64,000 nt of DNA from an uncultured Gemmatimonadaceae bacterium (lineage in GTDB: Bacteria; Gemmatimonadota; Gemmatimonadetes; Gemmatimonadales; Gemmatimonadaceae): positions 704,001 to 768,000 of the forward strand of contig CAVUDW010000002.1 of assembly GCA_963740355.1 (NCBI GenBank). The letters are read 5' to 3'. The position numbers were made by a program, and so were the translations under genes. A model generated the notes under the pieces. That model made no database searches, was not told the DNA's origin, and was given only the letters and a program-made list of their open reading frames with translations. This document shows, piece after piece, positions 49,712-58,550 of the stretch. The number at the start of each line of letters is the position of its first letter. Within the stretch, counting starts at the first letter, position 1.

Positions 49712-51372
49712 TTGGCAGCCAACTCGGCAACTATCGCGTTATCTCGCGGCTCGGTGAAGGCGGCATGGGCACGGTGTATCGTGCCACCGACACCATGCTG
49801 GACCGCGATGTCGCACTGAAGGTGCTGCGTCCCGAACTGGCGCGGCAGGCGGCGCTCGTCGAACGCTTCCGCGCCGAAGCGGTGGCCCTGGCCCGGCTGC
49901 GCCACGAGCACATCGCGGCCTTGTACGGGCTCGACCGGCAGGGCGACGAACTGGTGATGGTGATGGAGTACGTGAGTGGGGAGACGCTCGAATCGCGCCT
50001 TGCTCGCCAGGGCCCGATGAACTGGCACGAGGCGATTCCGATCATGCGCGGTGTATTGGCTGCGCTCGGCCACGCCCACGTGCGCGGCGTGGTGCATCGC
50101 GACATCAAGCCGGCCAACGTGATGATCGACAGCGATGGTACGGTGAAGGTGATGGACTTCGGCATCGCACGCCTGATGGGGGAAAACCGTCAGACGCGTG
50201 CGGGTGTCGCCATCGGTACGCCGAGCTACATGGCGCCGGAACAGCTGCGCGGCGAGGATGTTGACGGCCGTACCGACCTCTACGCCGCCGGCGCGCTGCT
50301 GTTCGAGTTGCTCACCGGCCGGGTCGCGTTCGAAGCCGACAGCGACTACTCGCTGATGATGCAGCAGTTGAACGAGCCACCCGCTGCACCAAGCACCATC
50401 ACGCCCGGGGTGCCGCGCGCGCTGGACGCCGCCGTCTCGCGGGCGATGGCGAAGCGGCCGACGCAGCGCTTTGCCACGGCCACCGATTTTTCCCGCGCGC
50501 TCGACGAGATCACGCCCGACACCTTCTCGGTCGAGCCGATCCGTGACGCCGCAGTTGCGGTGGTCTCGAAGGCGCCGCGCGACTGGCGCGTGTACGTGAT
50601 TGCCGCCTGTGTGATGGTGGCCGCCGGTCTCGGTGTGGCAGCAATGCGCGCTGACCCGACGAATACCACCGGCACGGTCGCCTCCAGCAGCGACTCGGCG
50701 CATGTCGCGGACTCCATTGCTGCGGCTGCGCTGGCGGTGCGGTCGACGCAATCCGGCGAACCGTCGCGCGAGCCTGTCTCGCAGATCGCATCGGCTGGTG
50801 GCGCGGGCCTTCGCGAAGTGGTCGATCCCACTACCGTGGCGCCGTCATCACCCTCCCCATCACGCACGCCGTCCTCGCCGACACCAGCGCCCACACGTCA
50901 ACAGACCCCCGTGCGCACACCAGTGACGACGACACCAGCGTCGCCGTCCTCGCCAGTGCGCACCCCGGAAGTGACGCAACCGGTGGTGACGGCCACGAAG
51001 GAAGCGGAGCCTGTGCGCGAGTCAGACGCCGGCGGCAGTGCGACTCGGCGCGTGCAGGAACTCGCCGAGCGGTGTGCCGCCAGCATTTCGTCGAACAATG
51101 CCAGCGCCGCAGGCAGGCTGCTGCGCGGTGACACCGACGGCCTGATGTCCGCCATTGCCGACGGTCGCATCACGAGTGCCTCGGCGGGAAGCGTGAGTGT
51201 CGATGCGGGTGACGGCCGTGCGGAAGGGCGATTCACTGTGCGCATCGCATTCCGGACCGCGTTCGGCGGCAACAAGACGGCGACAGCCCGGCTGACGGCC
51301 GAGGTGTCGCGCTCCAACGACGGCTGGCATGCCATCGGCTGTCCAGTGGAGAGCAGCGGCGGTGTGAAGTAG
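49708..51372 (+). CDS. Hanks-type Ser/Thr receptor kinase with TM, Pro/Thr linker and C-terminal extracytoplasmic domain
   Basis: GEGGMG, VALK, HRDIKPAN, DFGIA, GTPSYMAPE, DLYA; TM YVIAACVMVAAGLGVAAM. Confidence 0.95.
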   Translation: MIGSQLGNYRVISRLGEGGMGTVYRATDTMLDRDVALKVLRPELARQAALVERFRAEAVALARLRHEHIAALYGLDRQGDELVMVMEYVSGETLESRLARQGPMNWHEAIPIMRGVLAALGHAHVRGVVHRDIKPANVMIDSDGTVKVMDFGIARLMGENRQTRAGVAIGTPSYMAPEQLRGEDVDGRTDLYAAGALLFELLTGRVAFEADSDYSLMMQQLNEPPAAPSTITPGVPRALDAAVSRAMAKRPTQRFATATDFSRALDEITPDTFSVEPIRDAAVAVVSKAPRDWRVYVIAACVMVAAGLGVAAMRADPTNTTGTVASSSDSAHVADSIAAAALAVRSTQSGEPSREPVSQIASAGGAGLREVVDPTTVAPSSPSPSRTPSSPTPAPTRQQTPVRTPVTTTPASPSSPVRTPEVTQPVVTATKEAEPVRESDAGGSATRRVQELAERCAASISSNNASAAGRLLRGDTDGLMSAIADGRITSASAGSVSVDAGDGRAEGRFTVRIAFRTAFGGNKTATARLTAEVSRSNDGWHAIGCPVESSGGVK

Positions 51373-51528
51373 GTGCCAAGTCGGTGTGAATCCCCTTCCT
51401 GACAGGTACGTATATTCAGGACACACCGCGCCACTTGTCGCACTCGCCGGTCCGATTTTTCTTCGGGCAGCGATCCGGGTGGCTCGATCCCGCAGATTTT
51501 CGTCCGACACCGACCAACGATCTCGACC

Positions 51529-52755
51529 ATGTTTTCCCGCGTTGTGTGCTCTGCCGTCGACAGGACGAGGTCCCGTCGCGCCCGCACAGACGCGAATCGG
51601 TTGCTGCTCGCGTCCCTGACATTTCTCGCGGCCGGCCCGCTGGCGGCGCAGGCCCAGACGCGCGCTGCGGCGGCCGCTGCACTCGCGCGCGCCGGTGATG
51701 CAGTCGTCACCATCGTGGCGTATCGCGAGGGCAGCGCGGACGTGGTCAGTGGCACCGGCGTTCGCGTGACTGATGGTCGAGTGATCACCGCGCTCCGGCA
51801 CCTGCGCGGCGCGTCGCGGGTCGAGGTGTTCGGCGCAAACGGCGACCTGCTCGCCACCGCCACCACGCTCGATCAGGCCGAAGTGAAGCTGGACCTGGCC
51901 GTGTTGCCGCCAATCGCGGAGCCCGGCGGTCGCATCACGCTTGCCCGGCGATCAGCCGTTCTTGCACAGAAGGTGAGTCTGCTGGGGCCGAAGAAGGGGA
52001 CCGTCCGCTTCGTGGCACCGCGCACGGTCACCCATGTCGAACCAGACGATGCGGGCCGGCCAGTGCTCCGCCTTGGTGCGCAGATTTCGGGAAGTGCGGT
52101 GGGTTCTCCGGTGGTCAACGTGCGTAGCGAATTGATCGGAATCGCCCTCGGCACGATTCCCGGCAAGGATGATGGCGACGTGGCGGTGGACGTGAGTGCC
52201 ATCCGCGAGCTCCTGGCACGCCCCGTTGCGCGTCTCGGTTTTCCGACCCGTGATGGTACTATCGCCGCCGCACGTGCACCCGTCGATCCCAAGGCGGTCC
52301 CCGGCGCGGCCCGCCCCGCCGAGACGAACGCGCGGCCGCGTGCGAGCATCTTCCCTGAACGCTATGGGGCGCCGATCAGCGCCGACACGGCGGGGCCGTT
52401 TGCCGTAGAACTGTTCGGGTGTGCGCGCCTCGAGTCGCGGCAGAAGGTGTATTGCTACCTCCGTATCACGAACCTGGCCCGGGGTGGGACATTCGAGGTC
52501 AATGGCGGCGATCTCGCGGATAGCACCCGGCGAAAGTCGCGGTCTGCCGAAAACCTGATGCTCGGCGAGACCACCCAGCGCGTGGCCGGATGGCGGACCA
52601 AAGCCGCCGTACCGCTGCGCGAACTGGAGTCGGCGCGGGTGGCGCTGGAGTTCACCCCACCGGAGCGCGACAGTGACGCGGCGCGCCTGATGCTCGACGT
52701 CGCCGGTGAGAGAACCTTGTGGTTTGGACCGTTCGTCCTGCAGAGAGCGCCCTGA
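51529..52755 (+). CDS. exported trypsin-like protein, probably catalytically inactive, with C-terminal beta-rich domain
   Basis: SGTGV, ITALRHL, LDLAVL, and SAVGSPVVN..ELIGI where active S1 proteases have GxSGGP; signal peptide-like LLLASLTFLAAGPLAA; start uncertain. Confidence 0.75.
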   Translation: MFSRVVCSAVDRTRSRRARTDANRLLLASLTFLAAGPLAAQAQTRAAAAAALARAGDAVVTIVAYREGSADVVSGTGVRVTDGRVITALRHLRGASRVEVFGANGDLLATATTLDQAEVKLDLAVLPPIAEPGGRITLARRSAVLAQKVSLLGPKKGTVRFVAPRTVTHVEPDDAGRPVLRLGAQISGSAVGSPVVNVRSELIGIALGTIPGKDDGDVAVDVSAIRELLARPVARLGFPTRDGTIAAARAPVDPKAVPGAARPAETNARPRASIFPERYGAPISADTAGPFAVELFGCARLESRQKVYCYLRITNLARGGTFEVNGGDLADSTRRKSRSAENLMLGETTQRVAGWRTKAAVPLRELESARVALEFTPPERDSDAARLMLDVAGERTLWFGPFVLQRAP

Positions 52756-52850
52756 TCCGCCATATTGGAGGCGGTATCGGGTGCCGCGGCGTTTGGGTCG
52801 CGGGGCGCCGATGAGGATCGAATTCCTGAGCTACGGGGTCTGAGCGTCGC

Positions 52851-54737
52851 ATGATCGGTGAACGCATCGGCCACCTCAGAGTCATCGCGTCCATTGGCGT
52901 CGGTGGCATGGGTGCCGTTTGGCATGCCGTTGACGAATTGCTGGATCGCCACGTCGCGCTCAAGGTCATTCGCCCTGAGCTGATGTCGAGGCCCGGCCTC
53001 GCCGAGCGTTTCCGCTCCGAGGCGATCGTCCTCGCGCGCCTCCAGCATCCGTGCATCGCCGCGCTCTACGGCCTCGAGAAGCGCGGCGACGAATTCGTGA
53101 TGGTGATGGAGTACGTCGACGGCCAGACGTTGGACGCAAAGCTCGCGACGCAGGGCGCTCTGCCCTGGCCTGAGGCCACGCGCATCACGCGCGCCGTGCT
53201 CGATGCGCTCGACCATGCCCACGAAAGCGGCGTCATTCACCGCGACATCAAGCCGGCCAACGTCATGATCACCCGCGCCGGTCGCGTGAAGGTGATGGAC
53301 TTTGGTATCGCACGACTGGTGGGCGCCCAGCGCCAGACGCGCACCGGTGCCGCTGTCGGCACGCCGTCATACATGTCGCCCGAGCAGTTGCTGGGGCAGG
53401 AAGTGGATGGCCGCGCCGACGTGTATGCGGTTGGCACGCTGCTGTACGAGCTCACCACCGGTCACCTCCCGTTTGAAGTCGAGGGTGACTACCTGCGCAT
53501 GATCGCGCAGCTGCAGCAGGTGCCCAGCGCCCCGAGTACGCACAATGCCGAGCTGCCGAGCGGTCTCGACCTGATCGTCGCGCGTGCGCTGCAGAAGGAG
53601 CCAGACGATCGTTTTGCGACATCGGGTGACTTCCGCGACGCGCTCGAGGAATTGGAGCGCGAGCATGGCGTGCTGCGACCATACGGCACGCCGGCGACAG
53701 GTTCTGCGTCGGTGCCCGGTGCCGCGTCGCCGCGCACATCGTCCGGTGCCACCCCCGCCATCTCGTCGCAGCCGACACCCGCATTCAACCCCAACTCCTC
53801 GGCGCTGTTGACGCCTGTGGAGTCGGCGATGAGTGTCACGCCGGTGCCGTTTTCGATTGAGCCTGCGGGCGCAACGCCGATCGACAACGACCTGCCACCG
53901 CTGTTCCCGCCTGCCGCTGCATCGATGCCAGAGCCCGCGCCATCGCGCCCGGGTGCGGTCGCGTCGCCGACGCCTGAGTTCGTGGTTGCGACGCCCGAGC
54001 CCGCGAAGCGCAGCGCGTTGCCGCGTGCAATGATGGCGATAGGTGCCATTGCCGTTGTTGCCGTCGCTGGCGTGCTCCTGACGCGGAGCTTGACGGAGCG
54101 TGAAAATCAGGCAGCCGCGTCGGCAACCGACAGCGCGGCGGCACCGGCTCCGCCTGTCACTGCAGCGCCAGTCGCGCCGGTCGCGCCTCCTCCGCAAGTC
54201 GTCACGGCAGCACCCGTCACGACCGATTCAGTCGATAGCGCGGCGGTGAAGAAGGCATTGGCCGATTCGCTGCGGCTCGTTCGTCGTGCGGCCCGTGATT
54301 CGGCCAAGAGACTCGCCGACTCGATTGCCGCCGCGTCAGGAGCTGCGGTCTTCGCGCTGCCAGGTAGCGGCACGCCGTCGAATGCCGATCTCGATCAGGC
54401 GCGCCGGGCGGGTCGTCAGGCGGCCGAGGAATGTGTCGCGGTGCTTGGCTCGCACGACATGGGTCGGATCTCTGCCCTCTTCGGCGGTGAACAGACGAAG
54501 AACGTCTTCCGCATCGCGAAAGAAGGGAAGCTCGACGTGAATGGCCCGCTCCGCCCGGCGGTCGAGCCGGAGACGGATCGTGCGACCACCCGATTCACGG
54601 CGCTGCTCACCTGGAAGAGCGGCAACAACGAAGATCGAACCGCAAGCGCGACGCTCCGCGCGATCACCGAGCGCAAGGGCACGGCGTGGACCACCAGGAA
54701 ATGCCTGATCGATAACGACGGCGGCGCACGGTTCTAG
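52851..54737 (+). CDS. Hanks-type Ser/Thr receptor kinase, paralog of 49708-51372
   Basis: GVGGMG, VALK, HRDIKPAN, DFGIA, GTPSYMSPE; TM AMMAIGAIAVVAVAGVLL; homologous C-terminal domain. Confidence 0.95.
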   Translation: MIGERIGHLRVIASIGVGGMGAVWHAVDELLDRHVALKVIRPELMSRPGLAERFRSEAIVLARLQHPCIAALYGLEKRGDEFVMVMEYVDGQTLDAKLATQGALPWPEATRITRAVLDALDHAHESGVIHRDIKPANVMITRAGRVKVMDFGIARLVGAQRQTRTGAAVGTPSYMSPEQLLGQEVDGRADVYAVGTLLYELTTGHLPFEVEGDYLRMIAQLQQVPSAPSTHNAELPSGLDLIVARALQKEPDDRFATSGDFRDALEELEREHGVLRPYGTPATGSASVPGAASPRTSSGATPAISSQPTPAFNPNSSALLTPVESAMSVTPVPFSIEPAGATPIDNDLPPLFPPAAASMPEPAPSRPGAVASPTPEFVVATPEPAKRSALPRAMMAIGAIAVVAVAGVLLTRSLTERENQAAASATDSAAAPAPPVTAAPVAPVAPPPQVVTAAPVTTDSVDSAAVKKALADSLRLVRRAARDSAKRLADSIAAASGAAVFALPGSGTPSNADLDQARRAGRQAAEECVAVLGSHDMGRISALFGGEQTKNVFRIAKEGKLDVNGPLRPAVEPETDRATTRFTALLTWKSGNNEDRTASATLRAITERKGTAWTTRKCLIDNDGGARF

Positions 54738-54789
54738 GACCGTACGCCGCCGTTGATGTCTGCCTGTCGGTTCTTGCGCCGCGGTCTCG

Positions 54790-56001
54790 TCAGGCGCCGC
54801 GGATTCCCAGCTTCTCGCCGACCTTCACGAACGCCCGCACCGCGAATTCCAGATCCTCGCGGGTGTGCGCGGACGATACCTGGCAGCGGACACGCGCCTG
54901 TCCCTGCGGCACCACCGGGAAGCCGAAGCCGGTCACGAAGATCCCTTCCGCCAGCAATGCCTGGCTCATCGCGATGGCGGTCGACGTCTCACCGACGATG
55001 ATCGGCACGATCGGCGTCTCACCCGGGAGCGGCGAAAATCCTGCCTCCGTGATCGCCTTGCGGAACCAGTCGGCATTCTCGTGCAGCCGTGTCACCCGCT
55101 CCGGCTGTGCCTCGATCACACGCACCGCTTCCAGCGCGCTGCAGGCAATCGTGGGGGCCAGCGCGTTCGAGAAGAGCTGCGGGCGGCTCGACTGAATCAG
55201 GGTGTCACAGAGCGCCGCGCTGCCAGCCACGAAGCCACCAGCCGCGCCGCCGAGTGCCTTGCCGAGGGTGCTGGTGATGATGTCCACCTCACCCAGCACA
55301 CCGCAGTGTTCCGCGGTGCCCCGTCCGGTCTTTCCCATCACGCCGGTCGCGTGACTGTCGTCCATGACGAGGATGGAATTCGTGTCGCGCGCAATCTGCA
55401 GGAGCTCCGGGAGCTTGGCCACGCTGCCTTCCATGCTGAACACGCCATCGGTCCAGATCACGCGTCGCCGTGCACCGGCGTTGGCCGCCAGCTTCTCGCG
55501 CAGGTCGTCGAGGTCGCCGTGCTTGTAGACGCCAGTGGTGCACTTCGTGATCGACTTCGCGAGCCGGATGCTGTCGATGATGCTGGCGTGGTTCAGCGCG
55601 TCGCTGACCACGAAATCACCCTCCTTCACGATGCAGTGCGTCAGGCCTTCGTTCGCGGTCCAGGCCGAGACGTAGCTCATGGCGGCCTCGGTGCCGACGA
55701 ATCGCGCCAGCGCCGCTTCCAGCTCGCGGTGGATCGTGAAGGTGCCGCAGATGAAACGGACGGAGCCGGTGCCGGCTCCGAATTGCTTCAACCCGTCGAT
55801 GCCCGCCTGCACCACGCTCGGCTCGTCGCAGAGGCCGAGGTAGTTGTTCGACGACAGAATGAGGACCTCACCGTGGCCCTCCATCTGTACCCGGGCTGAC
55901 TGCGGGCTGCTGAGGTAGTTCAGCGTCTTGTAGACGCGATCCGCCTTAAGCTGATCCAGGTTCGCCTGCAGTTCGGCGGTGAACGCGTGATTGAGAGACA
56001 T
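54790..56001 (-). CDS. kbl: glycine C-acetyltransferase (2-amino-3-ketobutyrate CoA ligase)
   Basis: SSNNYLGL, SVRFICGT, SDALNHASIID, DGVFSM, DDSHATG, STLGKALGG, PVVPQGQARVR; clustered with tdh. Confidence 0.93.
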   Translation of the reverse strand: MSLNHAFTAELQANLDQLKADRVYKTLNYLSSPQSARVQMEGHGEVLILSSNNYLGLCDEPSVVQAGIDGLKQFGAGTGSVRFICGTFTIHRELEAALARFVGTEAAMSYVSAWTANEGLTHCIVKEGDFVVSDALNHASIIDSIRLAKSITKCTTGVYKHGDLDDLREKLAANAGARRRVIWTDGVFSMEGSVAKLPELLQIARDTNSILVMDDSHATGVMGKTGRGTAEHCGVLGEVDIITSTLGKALGGAAGGFVAGSAALCDTLIQSSRPQLFSNALAPTIACSALEAVRVIEAQPERVTRLHENADWFRKAITEAGFSPLPGETPIVPIIVGETSTAIAMSQALLAEGIFVTGFGFPVVPQGQARVRCQVSSAHTREDLEFAVRAFVKVGEKLGIRGA

Positions 56002-56006
56002 ATATG

Positions 56007-57008
56007 TCAGGGCTCAGGTGGGACGGACGGCCGCTCGCCATCCTCCGTCAGTATCCAGCGCAACATCTCGGCATCCACGTTGCCGCCCGAGACGATGATG
56101 CCGACGCGACCGGTCACGCCGGCCTTGCCGCTCATCATGGCCGCCAGGGCAAGCGCACCTGTCGGCTCGATCACGAGCTTCATGCGGAGCATCGCGAAGC
56201 GCACGGCGGCGACCAGGTCGGCATCCGACACCGTCACCATGCCATCCACGTGCTGCAGCAGCAGCGGGAAGGTGAGCGCACCTGGCGCCATCGTGCGTGC
56301 GCCGTCGGCGATCGTGGCCGGCACGGCGCTCAGCCGTTGCGGCGACTTCGTGAGGAAGCTCCGCGTGATGTCATCGCCGAGTTCCGGCTCGACACCGATG
56401 ACACGGCAGCCCGGTGACATCGCATGGGCGGCCATCGCCGATCCAGTCAACAACCCACCGCCGCCACAACAGACCAGCAGCGCGTCGAGTGGCCCGGTTT
56501 CTTCGAGGAGTTCCGCTGCAGCGGTGCCCTGGCCGGCAATCACATCGAAGTGATCGAACGGCGGAATCAGCGTGGCGCCGGTCTCGGCCACGATCTGCTG
56601 TGCGACGACCTCACGCTTGTCTTCCGCCGGATCGTACCGGACCACTCTCGCACCATATCCCTCGGTGGCATCGAGCTTGGCCTTCGGTGCGTTGGACGGC
56701 ATGACGATCGTTGCAGGCATGCCGAGCATTCGCGCCGACAGCGCGACCGCCTGTGCATGATTGCCGCTCGAGTAGGCCACCACACCGCGTGCCCGGACGT
56801 CGGCGGACATCGCGCTGAGGGCGTTGTAGGCGCCGCGAAACTTGAAGGCGCCCATGCGCTGGAGGTTCTCGCACTTGAGAAACAGCTGGGCGCCAACCAG
56901 CGCGTCGAGGGTGCGAGAGGTCATGACCGGGGTGCGATGCGCCACCCCGGCAATTCGCTGACGGGCGTGCTCGACGTCGGCGAAGGTCGGAAGGAGTGGC
57001 TCAGTCAT
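56007..57008 (-). CDS. PLP-dependent Ser/Thr dehydratase family enzyme (threo-3-hydroxyaspartate ammonia-lyase / serine racemase-like)
   Basis: KCENLQRMGAFKFRGA, SSGNHAQ, AGQGT, CCGGGGL, SGGNVD; ATG 57008 overlaps the end of tdh. Confidence 0.92.
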   Translation of the reverse strand: MTEPLLPTFADVEHARQRIAGVAHRTPVMTSRTLDALVGAQLFLKCENLQRMGAFKFRGAYNALSAMSADVRARGVVAYSSGNHAQAVALSARMLGMPATIVMPSNAPKAKLDATEGYGARVVRYDPAEDKREVVAQQIVAETGATLIPPFDHFDVIAGQGTAAAELLEETGPLDALLVCCGGGGLLTGSAMAAHAMSPGCRVIGVEPELGDDITRSFLTKSPQRLSAVPATIADGARTMAPGALTFPLLLQHVDGMVTVSDADLVAAVRFAMLRMKLVIEPTGALALAAMMSGKAGVTGRVGIIVSGGNVDAEMLRWILTEDGERPSVPPEP

Positions 57009-58029
57009 TGACTTCGAAGACCACCTTGCCGGCGGTGCCGTTCTTGATGACTTCCATTGCAGTGGCGAAGTCTTCCAGTGGGAATCGGTGGGTGATGACC
57101 GGGGTGGGATCGAAGGCACCGGAGCGCAGGAACCGCGACATCTGGTCCCATGTGTCGTACATGCGGCGGCCGACGACACCGTAGACGGTGAGTCCCTTGA
57201 AGATGATCTCCGTCGCGAAGTCGATGTCGATCGGCTTCGACGGGATGCCGAGCATCTGCACGCGACCGGCGGGGCGCGCGAGCGCGAATGCCTGATGCAC
57301 CGCAGATGGGACGCCACTCATCTCGAGCACGACGTCGGCGCCAAGGCCGCTCGTCCAGCCCATCACGGTGGCTTTTGCATCTTGCGGCAGGACCGCTTCA
57401 TGCGCGCCCATCTGCCGCGCGAGGGCCAGTCGCGTGGGGTTCACATCCACTGCGATCACGCGTGATGCACCCGCGGCGCGACAGATCCCGACCGCGAAGA
57501 GGCCGATCGGTCCGCACCCGGTGACCAGCACCACGCTGCCCGGAATATTCGCCGTCAGCGCGGTGTGAAAGGCATTGCCCATCGGGTCCATGATGCCGCC
57601 CACTTCGTAGCTGAGCGTGGCATCGAGCGGCCAGATGTTCGACGCCGGCATCGCGATGTAGTCGGCGAAGCACCCGTCACGGTCGACGCCGATGATGCGC
57701 GTCGAGAGGTCCACGTGTGCATTGCCGGTGCGGCTGAGGACACTCCGCTCATCCACGATGTGCCCTTCGGCGGTGACCCGATCACCCGCTTTCACGTGGT
57801 GTACCAGCGGTCCGGCCTCCACCACATCGCCGGCGAATTCATGCCCCACGACGAATGGCGGTTTGCATCGACCGGCGGCCCACGCGTCCCATTCGTGGAT
57901 GTGCACGTCGGTGCCGCAGACGCCTGCGCGTCGCACCCGGATCAGTACTTCGTCGTCTCGAATCGTCGGAGTCGGCACGTCGTGCAGCTCGAAACCGGGG
58001 CCTGCATGGGTCTTCACGAGTGCTCGCAC
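57001..58029 (-). CDS. tdh: L-threonine 3-dehydrogenase (zinc-dependent MDR family)
   Basis: GVCGTDVHI..WD.WA, VVGHEFAG, TAEGHI, GCGPIG, LEMSG, VYGVVGRRMYDTW; GTG 58029 with GGAG RBS. Confidence 0.93.
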   Translation of the reverse strand: MRALVKTHAGPGFELHDVPTPTIRDDEVLIRVRRAGVCGTDVHIHEWDAWAAGRCKPPFVVGHEFAGDVVEAGPLVHHVKAGDRVTAEGHIVDERSVLSRTGNAHVDLSTRIIGVDRDGCFADYIAMPASNIWPLDATLSYEVGGIMDPMGNAFHTALTANIPGSVVLVTGCGPIGLFAVGICRAAGASRVIAVDVNPTRLALARQMGAHEAVLPQDAKATVMGWTSGLGADVVLEMSGVPSAVHQAFALARPAGRVQMLGIPSKPIDIDFATEIIFKGLTVYGVVGRRMYDTWDQMSRFLRSGAFDPTPVITHRFPLEDFATAMEVIKNGTAGKVVFEVND

Positions 58030-58550
58030 GAGCACTGCTCCGTTGCTTGAGGAAGGGAATTTCGCGGCGCGTTCTCCGCGTCGGGTGCACGTCGCGGTGC
58101 ACCGGAGTGCGTGAAAGGTGCCGGACGCGCACCGGTGATGGAAGGTGCCACGCGCCCGCCGATGCCACGGATTTTCGGTCGCGTCGCCGCCGGCACCATC
58201 ACCCGCGCGCGGCGCGCCGTGCCGATCCGTGACCCCGCGGTGCGCCTGCCAGTGCGATGCGCCCCACCACACATGCGCTGACGAAAAACCGCACAGGATG
58301 TGCATTTCGTCGCGTAACGCGGCGCATCTGGTGACCGCTTGCATCGATGTGCGAACCGGATTTTCGGCGCCATTCAAACACGCCGCTGAGCGTCCGATAC
58401 TCTCGCTGCAGCACCGCAATTGGATGAGCCACGCGCGCGATGCCGCACGCACCGCCGGAAATTTTTTCTTCCATATGTCTTGCGCGCTGTTTTTCGGCAC
58501 TTCTATATTCGCGTCAACTTGTCAAGGGCTCTCAGAGCCGAGGGTACTGC

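Noticed and set aside
45787..54737. Type VI secretion locus (Fha/PpkA/PppA)
   Set aside because: No tss, hcp, vgrG or clpV genes lie in or beside the cluster.
58030..58550. Glycine riboswitch or N-terminal extension of tdh (ORF to 58500)
   Set aside because: Glycine aptamer consensus blocks were not found, and the extension has no protein-like features. An RBS and GTG at 58029 match the normal Tdh start, so this is treated as a divergent promoter region.
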